A DNA stretch of 64,000 nucleotides from an uncultured Gemmatimonadales bacterium (GTDB lineage: Bacteria > Gemmatimonadota > Gemmatimonadetes > Longimicrobiales > Gaopeijiaceae). Where the stretch lies: positions 192,001-256,000 of the forward strand of contig CAWELD010000010.1 of assembly GCA_963809895.1 (NCBI GenBank), read 5' to 3'. Shown one piece after another: positions 31,756-41,702 of the stretch. Numbering within the stretch: position 1 is the stretch's first letter; each line of letters begins with the position of its first letter. The notes beneath the pieces were generated by a model. The model saw only the letters and a program-made list of their open reading frames with translations, ran no database searches and was not told the DNA's origin. The position numbers and the translations under genes are program-made.

Positions 31756-32331
31756 ATGGCGAAGAAGTACTGGCTGATGAAGAGCGAAGCCGACGTCTAT
31801 TCCATCGACGATCTGGAACGTGACGGACGCACGCTCTGGGACGGCGTCCGCAACTATCAGGCGCGCAACAACATGCAGGAGATGAGCGTCGGGGACCGGG
31901 TCCTCTACTACCATTCGCGCCAGAATCCGTCGGCGGTGGTCGGCGTGGCCGAGGTGGTGCGGGAGGCCTATCCCGACCCCACCCAGTTCGATCCCGACAG
32001 CAAGTACTTCGACGAGAAGTCCGATGAGGACGACCCGCGTTGGTGGCTCGTCGATATCGCCTTCGTCAGGAAGCTCGACCGGCCGGTCAGCCTCCACGAG
32101 ATCAAGGATCGGTCCTCACTCTCGGACATGGTGCTCGTCAACAACTCGCGCCTCTCGGTGCAGCCGGTGAAGAAGAGCGAATACGACGAGGTGCTGAAGC
32201 TCGCCGACGGTGTCCGAAGGCTGACCCACCGGCCTCACGCGGTAGCAGGCGCGGTGGTCGCGCTCAGGCGAGCTTCCGCTCCGCCAGCCACTCCTCGGGA
32301 GGGCGGGTGCGGGTCAGCTCCCGGGGCTTGA
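31756..32331 (+). CDS. EVE domain protein; true stop may be 32224
   Basis: YWLMKSE, WDGVRNYQARN, YYHS, YPDPTQFD, SRLSVQPV. The tail beyond ~32215 looks like frameshift read-through. Confidence 0.9.
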   Translation: MAKKYWLMKSEADVYSIDDLERDGRTLWDGVRNYQARNNMQEMSVGDRVLYYHSRQNPSAVVGVAEVVREAYPDPTQFDPDSKYFDEKSDEDDPRWWLVDIAFVRKLDRPVSLHEIKDRSSLSDMVLVNNSRLSVQPVKKSEYDEVLKLADGVRRLTHRPHAVAGAVVALRRASAPPATPREGGCGSAPGA

Positions 32332-33343
32332 GCCGGAACCAGCGGGCCACCAGCAGGATCTCGGCCGCCTCGTGGGCCGAGAGGCCTCGCGGGCCGGGGA
32401 GCGGTTCCTCGTAGACGGCCCGGATGCGCTCGGCCGCCCGCTGACGCCCCGGGGCGTTCTTCGGGAGCGCCAGGGCCTCCCGCACCAGTCCGCGCTGGAT
32501 GAGGTAGATGCGGTCCGCGCCGCGGAAGCCCGGCACCCGGTAGACGAAGGTGAGCCGGGCCACCTCACCCTGAAAGGCCGTGAGCTCCTCCTGGAAGCGC
32601 CGCAGCCGCTCGAGGCGGTCCCGGAGCAGGGCGGCGTACTCGAAGTCCATGCGCGAGGCGGCGCCGGTCATCATCTCGAGGAGCCGATGGAGCGGGGCCT
32701 TTCCGCGACCCTCCAGAAAACGCTGCGCCTGCTTCACGCGTGCCTGGTAGGCCGCCGCCTCGACCCGGCCGCAGCAGGGCGCCATGCAGGTGCCCAGGTC
32801 TGCCCGCAGGCAGCGCGGCGCCCGGGGTCCCCCGAATATCTCGAGCTGATCACCGAAGTGGATCGGGGTGGAGCCCGGACAATCCCTCAGTCCCAGCACC
32901 TGTCCCAGGTCGCGGATCGTGTGTGCCACCCGACCCACCTTGGGAAAGGGCCCGTAGTACACGGCGCCGTCGTCGGCCACCCGGGTCACGGGCAGCACCC
33001 TGGGTGCGGGCTCGCGGGTGACCTTCACGAAGGCGTACGCGCGCTTTCGCTTGTGCTGCACGTTGTACCGCGGACGATGCCGCTGGATGAGCCTCATCTC
33101 CCGGACCAGAGCACCGAACTCGTCGGGGACGTAGTCCCAGTCGATGCGCCGTGCTTCGCGAATCAACTCGCCGGGCTTCTCCCCCTTCGGCGACCTGAAG
33201 TAGGAGAGCAGGCGCGTGCGCACGCGGATGGACTTCCCCACGTACAGCAGCCCGTCGTCGGGGCCGTACATGCGATACACGCCGGGACGGTTCTCGGCGT
33301 GGGCGCGGACGTACTCTCGTAGCGAGGGTCTGGGATGGCTCAC
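32264..33343 (-). CDS. UvrC N-terminal-like (Cho-like) GIY-YIG nuclease with UVR domain
   Basis: PGVY...LLYVGKS..R.RL.SYF, E..LI....P.YN, YYGPF, Cys cluster (LRDC..CL....TC.APC), MDFEYAA.LRD. Confidence 0.88.
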   Translation of the reverse strand: MSHPRPSLREYVRAHAENRPGVYRMYGPDDGLLYVGKSIRVRTRLLSYFRSPKGEKPGELIREARRIDWDYVPDEFGALVREMRLIQRHRPRYNVQHKRKRAYAFVKVTREPAPRVLPVTRVADDGAVYYGPFPKVGRVAHTIRDLGQVLGLRDCPGSTPIHFGDQLEIFGGPRAPRCLRADLGTCMAPCCGRVEAAAYQARVKQAQRFLEGRGKAPLHRLLEMMTGAASRMDFEYAALLRDRLERLRRFQEELTAFQGEVARLTFVYRVPGFRGADRIYLIQRGLVREALALPKNAPGRQRAAERIRAVYEEPLPGPRGLSAHEAAEILLVARWFRLKPRELTRTRPPEEWLAERKLA

Positions 33344-33459
33344 GGGACGGCGGGTTGTTTCGCATTATCTTCGGTTTGCGAAGATAGGCCGCGACGCGAC
33401 GCGACGCTACGGTCCCGAACCGCCATTGATCGTGCCCGGCACCTGGGGTAGAGTCCGTC

Positions 33460-34758
33460 ATGAGCCACGAGCCACGCGTTGTTCGCGACCCCCTCTGGAA
33501 CACGATCCAGCTGGACCCCACCGCCGTGCGCATCGTCGACACGGCATCGTTCCAGCGGCTCCGCTACATCCGACAGCTCGGGTTCGCTCATCTGGTCTAT
33601 CCGGGCGCGACGCACACGCGTTTCGACCACGCCCTGGGCGTCTACCACCTCACCACCACGGCGCTGCGGTTGCTCCGTGAGCGGGGAGGCGTGGCGCCCG
33701 AGGTCTGGGAGGGGGAGGAGCTGGTGCCGTACGCCGCACTCCTGCACGACATCGGGCACTACGCCTACTCCCACGCCCTGGAAGAGCTCGAGCAGGATCG
33801 GATTCCCGCCGACCACGAGGAGGTGAGCCGGCGCTTCTTCGAAACCACCGAGCTGCGCGACGCTCTGGCTCCGTTGGGTCTCGGCGCGGCCGAACGTCTG
33901 CACGCGCTCATCCGGGGGCAGAGCGGGTTGCCCCTGGGAGGACTGGTCAGCGGAAGCCTGGACCTGGACAAGATGGAATACCTGCGGCGGGACGCCCGCT
34001 TCTGCGGCGTGCCCTACGGCGAGGTGGACGTGGACCGTCTGCTGCAGGGACTGGCGGTGCTGCAGGATCCCGACACGGGTCGCTGGGAGCTCGGGGTCCA
34101 CGAGAAGGCGGTGGCCGCCCTCGAGTCGCTCCTGTTCGCCAAGTACCAGATGTTCAGGAACGTCTACTGGCATCACGCGGTGCGAAGCGCGACGGTGCTC
34201 TACAAGCGGGTGGTGGAGGACGCGGTGCGAGGGGGCCTGCTCGATCCCGAAGAGCTCATCGGCCCCACGGATCAGGAGTTGCTCTACGAGGTGGGACGCC
34301 GAGCCGTCGAGGACGACGGCGACATCGCGGCGCGACTGGCGTCGCGGTGGATCCCCGCCCTGCGCCATCGTCGCCTTCCCAAGCGGGCGCTGGAGATGAG
34401 CGCGTCGGACCTGGAAGGCCGGCGCGTGGAGGACTGGGCGGTGGGCGATTCGCCGTGGAAGCGAGCGGTGGAGGACGAGCTCGCGGCCGAGGTGGGCCTC
34501 GAGCCGGGCGAAGTGATGATCGACTTTCCGGCGAAGCGCGCCATGTTCCAGCTCGACCTGCTCATCCGGCGGCGGGACGGCCGCGTGGAGCGTCTGGGGC
34601 CCGGCGGACTGCCGGGCGTCCTGGACCTGCCCCGCGTCGCCCAGCAGCTGCACCAGAGTGCGCGCGCGCTGCGCGTCTTCACCTTCGAGCGTCGCACCAT
34701 CGACCCCGACCGGATCCTCTCGAAGATCACGCAGCCGGTCAGCGACGCCGGCGACTGA
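33460..34758 (+). CDS. HD-domain phosphohydrolase (dNTP triphosphohydrolase-like)
   Basis: FQRLRYIRQLG...YPGATHTRFDHALG, LLHDIGH, D.DKMEYL.RD, VYWH. Confidence 0.9.
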   Translation: MSHEPRVVRDPLWNTIQLDPTAVRIVDTASFQRLRYIRQLGFAHLVYPGATHTRFDHALGVYHLTTTALRLLRERGGVAPEVWEGEELVPYAALLHDIGHYAYSHALEELEQDRIPADHEEVSRRFFETTELRDALAPLGLGAAERLHALIRGQSGLPLGGLVSGSLDLDKMEYLRRDARFCGVPYGEVDVDRLLQGLAVLQDPDTGRWELGVHEKAVAALESLLFAKYQMFRNVYWHHAVRSATVLYKRVVEDAVRGGLLDPEELIGPTDQELLYEVGRRAVEDDGDIAARLASRWIPALRHRRLPKRALEMSASDLEGRRVEDWAVGDSPWKRAVEDELAAEVGLEPGEVMIDFPAKRAMFQLDLLIRRRDGRVERLGPGGLPGVLDLPRVAQQLHQSARALRVFTFERRTIDPDRILSKITQPVSDAGD

Positions 34759-34759
34759 A

Positions 34760-35548
34760 TCAGCCCGGGCCGGCCGGCTCCTGGGCTCGGCCGGCACCGG
34801 GTGCGCCGGCCGCCACCAGCACCACCGTGACGTTGTCCGTGCCGCCGCCCTCGTTGGCTGCCTGCACCAGCGAGGTGGCGACCTTCTCCGGTGAGTCGGG
34901 GGACGCCATCAGGATCTCGCGGATCGTGTCGTCGGTGAGATGCGTGGTCAGGCCGTCGGTACAGAGCAGGTAGAGATCGCCGACGTCCGTCTGCTCATGC
35001 CGGAGCTGCGGCTCCGGGAGGTCTTCCGAGCCCCCCACGACGCGGGTGAGGACGTGCGCCATGGGGTGTACCCGCGCCACGCCCGGCCGAAGGTTGCCGG
35101 CGTCCACCTGTTCCTGGACCCAGGTGTGGTCCCGACTGAGACGGGTCAGCGAGCCCTCCCGCAGCCTGTAGGCCCGGGAGTCTCCGACGTGGACCAGCGT
35201 GGCGACGCCCGTGTCGGGGCTCACGTGCAGCGCGGTGAGCGTAGTGCCCATCCCGCGACGCGCGGGGTGGAGATGGCCCTCTTCCATCAAGCGTCGGTGG
35301 GCCGATTCGACCCCTTCGAGCATTCTCTCGCCCCATGCTCCATTCGAACTTGGAGGGGAGTGGCCGAGCACCTCGCGGACGAAGGTCTCGACCGCCAGGG
35401 CGCTGGCTTCGGCTCCGGCAGGGTGTCCACCCATGCCGTCGGCCACCACGGCCAGTCCGGCATCGCTTCGAATGCGGAACGCGTCTTCGTTGCGGGGGCG
35501 GACCTGCCCCTGATCGGAGCGTCCGATGATGGTGAGGTCGAGGGCCAT
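34760..35548 (-). CDS. PP2C-family Ser/Thr protein phosphatase
   Basis: R..NED, VADGMGG, MGTT, HVGDSRAY, DHT, LCTDGL, GG.DNVT. Confidence 0.94.
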   Translation of the reverse strand: MALDLTIIGRSDQGQVRPRNEDAFRIRSDAGLAVVADGMGGHPAGAEASALAVETFVREVLGHSPPSSNGAWGERMLEGVESAHRRLMEEGHLHPARRGMGTTLTALHVSPDTGVATLVHVGDSRAYRLREGSLTRLSRDHTWVQEQVDAGNLRPGVARVHPMAHVLTRVVGGSEDLPEPQLRHEQTDVGDLYLLCTDGLTTHLTDDTIREILMASPDSPEKVATSLVQAANEGGGTDNVTVVLVAAGAPGAGRAQEPAGPG

Positions 35549-35751
35549 GGATCGGGGAGGGAAGTGAAACAAAGAAGGTAGTCTCTGAGGGCTTCCGGAA
35601 CCAGCCTGGAACCCCTCGGGCGGGGTGGGTTAGGAGGCCGTGGACGACGCGTTCGGAGGTGGTTCCGGGCGACCGCATCGCGGTTCCTCCTCGCCCGGGT
35701 CACGGGTCAGGAACAATGCAACCCTCCGGGGTTTAGCAACGTCCAACACTA

Positions 35752-35780
35752 TTGACACATGAGATCCTGTGGCCCATCTT
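35752..35780 (+). promoter_or_regulatory. Putative sigma70-type promoter
   Basis: TTGACA, 17 nt, CATCTT, about 100 nt upstream of the sigma gene. Confidence 0.4.
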
Positions 35781-35878
35781 CCAGGGCTCTGGATTTTCCG
35801 AGCAAGGCTCAGGCGTGCTCGCGCGCGCCCAACGAGGCTCAAAAAAACCGGAAGCTCTGGTTCAAGGAGATAGATGCG

Positions 35879-36784
35879 ATGGCCGCTACCGCCACCAAGA
35901 CCCGCCGGAAGCGTAAGGGTCGCGGCAACCCGCTTACCGGCTTCGATGCGAGCATCGAGGAGCAGACCGCCCTCGACCAGTACCTACGCGACGTAAGCCG
36001 TCACGAGCTCATCACTCCCGAGAAGGAGAAGGAGCTGGGCGCCCTCGCGCAGGCTGGCGACGAGGATGCGGTGCAGGAGCTGGCTCGCGCCAATCTGCGC
36101 TTCGTCATCAGCGTGGCCAAGAAGTACCAGAACCGCGGCGTCTCCCTCACGGATCTCATCCAGGAGGGCAACGTCGGGCTGGTCACGGCTGCGCGGAAGT
36201 TCGATCCCGAGCAGGGCGTGAAGTTCATCTCCTATGCGGTCTGGTGGATCCGTCAGGCTATCCTCGCCTCGCTGGCCAACCATGGCCGGTCGGTGCGTGT
36301 GCCGCTCAACCGGGCCAGCGACCTCGCGCGCATCTTTCGCGAGAAGGAGCGCCTCAAGCAGGAGCTGGGGCGCGAGCCTTCCTCCGAGGAGCTGGCGGCC
36401 GCCACGGATCTGACTCCGGAGCTGGTGGAGTCGCTGCAGACCCTGAACGCGGCGGAGATCCGACTGGACGCCCCCATCGGTGACAGCGAGGACTCCCAGC
36501 TCGTGGAGCGCTTCATCACCGAGGAGGCGGCGGAGCCCGAGATCGAGGTGGAGAGCCGCCTGCTCACCGAGGCCGTCACCGAGGCGCTGTCGACGCTGGA
36601 CGCCCGGGACGCCAAGGTGCTGCGTCTCTACTTCGGCCTCGAGGGCGAGCGTGAGCACACCCTCGAGGAGATCGGCAACATGCTGGGCGTGACGCGCGAG
36701 CGGATCCGCCAGCTGCGCGACCGTGCGCTGCGTCGGCTGCGTGAGGGTGGAAAGGGCGCGGCGCTGGAGTCCTTCGCCGCGTGA
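35879..36784 (+). CDS. RNA polymerase sigma factor, RpoD/SigA family (301 aa, no region 1.1)
   Basis: ANLRFVISVAKKY, DLIQEGN.GL, KFISYAVWWIRQ, TLEEIG..GVTRERIRQL. RBS AAGGAG. Confidence 0.96.
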   Translation: MAATATKTRRKRKGRGNPLTGFDASIEEQTALDQYLRDVSRHELITPEKEKELGALAQAGDEDAVQELARANLRFVISVAKKYQNRGVSLTDLIQEGNVGLVTAARKFDPEQGVKFISYAVWWIRQAILASLANHGRSVRVPLNRASDLARIFREKERLKQELGREPSSEELAAATDLTPELVESLQTLNAAEIRLDAPIGDSEDSQLVERFITEEAAEPEIEVESRLLTEAVTEALSTLDARDAKVLRLYFGLEGEREHTLEEIGNMLGVTRERIRQLRDRALRRLREGGKGAALESFAA

Positions 36785-36854
36785 TCCCGGGAGCCTGGGC
36801 GCAGGTGTTGTCCAGGCCGGGTTCCTGATCGTGCCGGGCGCACGAGTCGATCTC

Positions 36855-36896
36855 GACGCCCCCCGGACGTTTCGACGTCCGGGGGGCGTTCGTTTT
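36855..36896 (+). terminator. Intrinsic terminator
   Basis: gacgccccccggacgt-ttcg-acgtccggggggcgtt followed by cgtttt. Confidence 0.8.
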
Positions 36897-36916
36897 CGCG
36901 CTGGGCAGGTCCGCCG

Positions 36917-37825
36917 TTGTTGATGGGTGTCGTCTACGGGTCCGGCGGGGGCGTGTATCGGGTGGCCCTGGACGACGGGCGGGTGGTGGATGCCTCGCTG
37001 CGCGGACGCGTGAAGCGCGAAGTGCGCCTGGGCGATCGTGTGGTGGTCGGGGACCGCGTGCAGGTGGAGAAATCCGCCGAGGGGGCGTGGACCATCGAGG
37101 CCGTGGAGCCCCGCCGGACCCGCATCGTCCGCCGTAGCGGCCCGGGTGGACGTCCCAAGGTCGTGGCGGCCAACGTCGATCGCCTCCTGGTCGTGGTGGC
37201 GGCCGACTCCGACCCGCCCCGACAGATGGTGGACCGCCTGCTGGTTCTGGCCGAGTCCGACGATCTGGACGCGATCGTCGTGGTCAACAAGATGGACGTG
37301 GGCGACGCCGCCTCGCGCGCCGCGCCCTTCCTGGAGACCTATCCGCCGCTGGGATATCCGGTGGTGCCGGTGAGCGCGCGCACCGGCGAGGGGATGGAGG
37401 CCCTGCGTCGCTACCTGTGCCAGGGTACGGTGGCCCTCGTGGGGCCGTCCGGCGCCGGCAAGTCGAGTCTGCTCAACGCCGTGCAACCGGGGCTCGCCCT
37501 CCGCACGGGCGAGGTTTCGCGCAGGACCGCCCGTGGCCGGCACACCACCGTATCGGCCCGCCTGATTCCGTTGGCGTGCGGCGGGCTGGTCGCCGACACG
37601 CCCGGGTTCGCCGAGGTGGGGCTCTGGGGCATCGCGCCCGAAGATCTGGACCACTGTTTTCCAGAGCTTCGCGGGTTGCGTGACGAGTGCCGGTTCCGGG
37701 GATGCGCGCACCTGAGCGAACCGGACTGCGCCGTGAGCGCGGCGCTGGCCGAGGGCAGCGTGGACCGCCGCCGCCTGGAAAGTTACCGGCTGTTCCGGGA
37801 CGAGCTGGAGCAGGCCGAGCGCTGA
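36917..37825 (+). CDS. rsgA: Ribosome small subunit-dependent GTPase A
   Basis: Circularly permuted GTPase NKMD, GPSGAGKSS, HTT, DTPG; zinc finger CRFRGCAH..EPDC. Confidence 0.95.
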   Translation: MLMGVVYGSGGGVYRVALDDGRVVDASLRGRVKREVRLGDRVVVGDRVQVEKSAEGAWTIEAVEPRRTRIVRRSGPGGRPKVVAANVDRLLVVVAADSDPPRQMVDRLLVLAESDDLDAIVVVNKMDVGDAASRAAPFLETYPPLGYPVVPVSARTGEGMEALRRYLCQGTVALVGPSGAGKSSLLNAVQPGLALRTGEVSRRTARGRHTTVSARLIPLACGGLVADTPGFAEVGLWGIAPEDLDHCFPELRGLRDECRFRGCAHLSEPDCAVSAALAEGSVDRRRLESYRLFRDELEQAER

Positions 37826-37831
37826 CGGCCT

Positions 37832-38635
37832 TCAGGCGCGCGGGTGGTCCGCCGCCTCGCTGCGCAGGGGGGTCACGCTGGGGGTGCCGCTCGCGGGATC
37901 GATCGAGACGGACACCGGCCAACGGTACACCGAGGCGAGTACCTCTTCGGTGAAGACCTGCTCGGGAGTTCCCTCGGCCGCCACCCTGCCGTGGTCCAGG
38001 AGGAGGAGGCGGTCCGAGAAGCGCGCGGCGAGATCCAGGTGATGCGTGACGAGCAGCACGGTCATGCCTTCGTCGGCCGAGCGCCGCAGGAGCTCCAGGA
38101 TCGTCATCTCGTGCCGGATATCCAGCGAAGCCGTGGGCTCGTCCAGGACCAATGCCCGGGGCTCCTGCGCCAGCGCCCGGGCAATCCTCACGCGTTGCAG
38201 CTCGCCGCCGGAGAGCGTGCGGACGTTCCGCCCCGCCAGGGGGGTCACGTCGCAGCGGTCCAGCGCGGCGGTGATGGCGGCCCGATCGCGGGGGGCCTCG
38301 CCGCCCAGCGCTCGCTGATAGGGATAGCGGCCCATGGCCACCAGCTCTCGGGCGGTCATGGGAAAGGGCATGGGCTCCGACTGGGCCACGGCGCCCACCT
38401 CCCGCGCCAGCTCCCGACGCGGCCACTCCGCGACGGGTCGATCCCCGATCAGGGCCTCGCCACCCACGGGAGCCAGGAGTCCGAGAAGGGTCCGCACGAG
38501 CGTGGACTTTCCCGATCCGTTGGGCCCGAGCACGGTGTAGAGGCAGCCGGCGGGCACCCGCATGCTCACCCGATCCAGCGCCGCCGTCGCGGAGCCGGGA
38601 TAGTGCACGATCAGGTCGCGGGCCTCGAAATTCAC
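37832..38635 (-). CDS. Cobalamin/iron-chelate ABC transporter ATP-binding protein
   Basis: GPNGSGKS, MGRYPY, LSGGELQR, LDEPT. Confidence 0.92.
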   Translation of the reverse strand: MNFEARDLIVHYPGSATAALDRVSMRVPAGCLYTVLGPNGSGKSTLVRTLLGLLAPVGGEALIGDRPVAEWPRRELAREVGAVAQSEPMPFPMTARELVAMGRYPYQRALGGEAPRDRAAITAALDRCDVTPLAGRNVRTLSGGELQRVRIARALAQEPRALVLDEPTASLDIRHEMTILELLRRSADEGMTVLLVTHHLDLAARFSDRLLLLDHGRVAAEGTPEQVFTEEVLASVYRWPVSVSIDPASGTPSVTPLRSEAADHPRA

Positions 38636-39618
38636 GCCATGCTCCTGCGCAGCAGGACCAGGAAGACCGGTACGCCCACGAAGGCGGTCACGACCCCGAT
38701 GGGGATCTCGGTGGGAGGCAGGAGCGTGCGTGCGACGATGTCGGCCAACGTGAGGAAGGCCGCGCCGGTGAGGAAGGAGAGCGGGAGCAGCGCGCGGTGG
38801 TCGGAGCCCACCACCAGACGGAGGCCGTGGGGCACGATCAGCCCCACGAAGCCGATCACGCCCGCCACGGCCACACCGGCGGCGGTGATGAGCGATGCCA
38901 CCACGAAGGCCACGCGCTTCACACGCTCCACGTCCGTGCCCAGGTAGAGGGCGGTCTCCTCGCCCACCGACAGGAGGTTGAGGGCGCGCCCGAGCCCCAT
39001 GAGCACCGCCGCGGCGGGCAGCGTGTACGCGGCTGCCACGATCACGTCTCGCATGTCCGCGCCGGCGACGCTGCCCATCATCCAGAGGACGGCGCTGCGG
39101 ATGGTCGCGGCATCGGAGAGCGAGAGGATGAGCGCGATGACGGCGGCGAAGAAGGCGCCCACCACCACGCCCGCCAGGAGCAGGACCCGAACGTCCAGGC
39201 TCCGGTCCGCCGAGCGCGCCACCTGAAAGACCAGGAGGATGGCGAGGAGCGCACCGAGGAACGCAGCGACGGGCAAGGCCCCGGAGCCCATGGTGGTGAG
39301 CCCCAGCGCCAGCGCCAGGACCGCCCCAACCGCCGCGCCTCCCGAGATCCCCAGGATGTAGGGCTCGGCCAGGGGGTTCCGCAGCAGCGCCTGGAAGGTC
39401 GCGCCGGCCAGCGCCAATCCCCCGCCCACCAGCCACGCCAGCAGGGTCCGTGGAAGCCGGAAGCGAAGCACGATGTCGCGTGTGGCATCGTCTCCGCGGC
39501 CCCGCAAAGCGCCCCATACCTCCGTCGGCGACAGCGGGACAGGGCCCACCAGGACGGCCAGACCCACCGCGACCAGGGTGCACACCGCCAGGAGCACCGC
39601 GGCTCGCCGCCGTGTCAC
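38632..39618 (-). CDS. FecCD/BtuC family ABC permease
   Basis: RLPR, FQALLRNPLAEPYILGISGGA, GVIGFVGL.VPH, EIPIGVVT. Confidence 0.94.
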   Translation of the reverse strand: MTRRRAAVLLAVCTLVAVGLAVLVGPVPLSPTEVWGALRGRGDDATRDIVLRFRLPRTLLAWLVGGGLALAGATFQALLRNPLAEPYILGISGGAAVGAVLALALGLTTMGSGALPVAAFLGALLAILLVFQVARSADRSLDVRVLLLAGVVVGAFFAAVIALILSLSDAATIRSAVLWMMGSVAGADMRDVIVAAAYTLPAAAVLMGLGRALNLLSVGEETALYLGTDVERVKRVAFVVASLITAAGVAVAGVIGFVGLIVPHGLRLVVGSDHRALLPLSFLTGAAFLTLADIVARTLLPPTEIPIGVVTAFVGVPVFLVLLRRSMA

Positions 39619-40475
39619 CTCGAGATCCCCGGATGCAGCGCCCTGGCCACCGCCCACGCGGCCTCTGCCAGGTCCGGCCCCGGCTGTTCCACGGCGGCGG
39701 GGAGGACGCCGACGCGCGCGTCGCCCACCAGGGAGGCCGGGGGCGTGGTTCCGGGACCCACCAGGACGACCTCCACGTCTCGTACGCGGAGCACCTCCGG
39801 ACTCACGGGCCCGTACAGGCGGTCCAGGTCGGAGAAGACGTTGACGCCACCGCCGATGCGGATGAGCTGATCCACGAAGGTGCCCGGGCCCGCGACCCAC
39901 GGAGGCTCGCCTCCCAGCAGAAAGGCCGCGCGTACCGGTGGGAGCGCGGCCGCGGCTCGTCGGATGCGGTCGAGCTGGCCGTCCATGTCCGCCACCAGCG
40001 AGTCCGCCGCGGCGCGCCGATCGAGGACCTCACCCATCTGCCGGATGATGGCCCGCACGTCGTCGACGCCGTCGGGACGCACCGCGATCTGGGCGATGTC
40101 CAGCTCCCTCAGCCGCGCCGGGGTGTCGGTGTCCGAGGCGCCTCCGAAGCGGATGACCAGGTCGGGGTGCAGCGAGACCAGGACCTCCATGCTCGGATGC
40201 AGCCCCCCGCCCACGCTCGGCAACGACGCCAGTGACGGGATCGTATCGAAGTCGGTGCGGCCCACGAGGCGATCCCGGGCACCGAGGGCGACGATGATCC
40301 GGCTCACCGAGGGCACCAGCGAGATCACGCGCCGGGGCGTCGGCGCTTCGCCGTCGGCGGCGGGATGGCCCGCGGTGGCTCGCCCGGCGGAGCCTGCCGC
40401 CTGTCCCTGGGGTGCCTCGTGATCGCAGGCCGCCAGTCCCGGGATCAGGAGGATCGCCAGCAGGAGCCGGCGCAC
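39615..40475 (-). CDS. BtuF-like helical-backbone substrate-binding lipoprotein
   Basis: Lipobox LAAC, PRRVISLVPS, LVGRT, E....L.PDLV, GG.NVF, PGP. Confidence 0.88.
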   Translation of the reverse strand: MRRLLLAILLIPGLAACDHEAPQGQAAGSAGRATAGHPAADGEAPTPRRVISLVPSVSRIIVALGARDRLVGRTDFDTIPSLASLPSVGGGLHPSMEVLVSLHPDLVIRFGGASDTDTPARLRELDIAQIAVRPDGVDDVRAIIRQMGEVLDRRAAADSLVADMDGQLDRIRRAAAALPPVRAAFLLGGEPPWVAGPGTFVDQLIRIGGGVNVFSDLDRLYGPVSPEVLRVRDVEVVLVGPGTTPPASLVGDARVGVLPAAVEQPGPDLAEAAWAVARALHPGISR

Positions 40476-40518
40476 GGGCGGGCTGCGGACGGGACCACCC
40501 CCGGGATGGCCCACCGCG

Positions 40519-41538
40519 TCAGCGGTCGGCGGCGGGATTGGTCCGTTGCGTGCAGGGCTCCTCGAAGACCCGCTCCCAACGGTCCCCATCGCGGCGGTCC
40601 AGTGCGGCCACCCAGCGCGTGTCCTCGCCCAGAACCTCCAGCAGGATCTCGTTCTGACCGTCGCCGTCCCAGTCGGCCGCGCCGAACCAGCGTGCCGCCT
40701 TCTTGCCGCCCTCTCCTTCGACCTGGTACCAGTCATACGCCAGCTGGAAGCTCTCTCCGTGCGCGCTTCCGAGCACGAAGAGGCTGTACGCCACGGGTGT
40801 CGGCGACGGGGCCACCGCCAACTCGTCACGGAACATGAAGGTGGCGGCCACGCCGACCCCGGCGCTGTCCGGCGTGGGCACGACGTGCAGATCGGCTCGC
40901 GCCCGGCCCAGATCGTCGGGCCAGTAGGCGTCTTCTCGCATGATCACGCGGCTGGCCAGGTTCAGCGAGCCGCGTCGCGCCTCTTCGGTTTCACGGTCCG
41001 CGACGTAGCCCGCATGACCCGGGACGGCCCCGTCGGTGCGGCGCAGAGCCAGAAAGCGCGTGGCGCCGGAGGCCTGCAGGAGAAGCTCCGGTGTGCCGGA
41101 GACCGTGGGATGCACGGTGCAGGTCCCCGTCACCACGTCGGAGGTGTCGGCCACCAGGGTGCCGACGCGACTGCCACCGGCGAAGAGGAGGAACTCGGTC
41201 CCGGGCCGAAGACGGGTCGCCCGGAAGTGCTCCGCGAAGCCGGGCGCTTCGTCCTCGTTCGACAACGGGAGCAGCGTATCGCCGCGCAGCTCCGCTACCG
41301 GCCGCAGCGTGACGCGCGCGTCGGACCTGGTGCCCATGTACAGCACGGGGCCCGTGGGAAGCGGTGGCGGGGGCGGACCCTCCGGCGACTCGGCGGCGAG
41401 GCTGTCCACCTCGGGAGTCTCCACGGGAGGCGGAGGCTGGAGCCGCACTTCGGCGCCACCCCAATCCACGTTGTCGCAGCCCGCTGCCGTCACTATGATC
41501 ACGAGCGCCGCGAGCCGGCGAATCGCCTGTGATGCCAA
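40519..41538 (-). CDS. Hypothetical lipoprotein
   Basis: Lipobox-like AAGC, Pro-rich linker, C-terminal DWDGDG.NE (FG-GAP-like) motif. Confidence 0.7.
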   Translation of the reverse strand: MASQAIRRLAALVIIVTAAGCDNVDWGGAEVRLQPPPPVETPEVDSLAAESPEGPPPPPLPTGPVLYMGTRSDARVTLRPVAELRGDTLLPLSNEDEAPGFAEHFRATRLRPGTEFLLFAGGSRVGTLVADTSDVVTGTCTVHPTVSGTPELLLQASGATRFLALRRTDGAVPGHAGYVADRETEEARRGSLNLASRVIMREDAYWPDDLGRARADLHVVPTPDSAGVGVAATFMFRDELAVAPSPTPVAYSLFVLGSAHGESFQLAYDWYQVEGEGGKKAARWFGAADWDGDGQNEILLEVLGEDTRWVAALDRRDGDRWERVFEEPCTQRTNPAADR

Positions 41539-41702
41539 GGTTTCTCAGGGGTCGGAGGCGCACCCCCGGCACGGGGGCTCCCCGGTGGGCCCGGGGTCGG
41601 TCTCGAGGATCTGGAAGCTAGCCTTGGGCCGGGGACCGTGCAAAGCGGTGTCCCGCCATGGGCGGCATCGCTCCGGCGAGCTCTACCCGCACGAAGGATG
41701 CC

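Noticed and set aside
30814..32331. 505-aa ORF suggesting an EVE fusion (similar extensions at 7363-8619, 41971-43842, 60255-61172)
   Set aside because: The N-terminal parts are alternative frames of upstream genes; real starts are internal.
40476..41700. Cobalamin riboswitch upstream of the BtuFCD-like genes
   Set aside because: No B12-box or conserved GGGAA/GCCACTG elements seen; the substrate remains unassigned.
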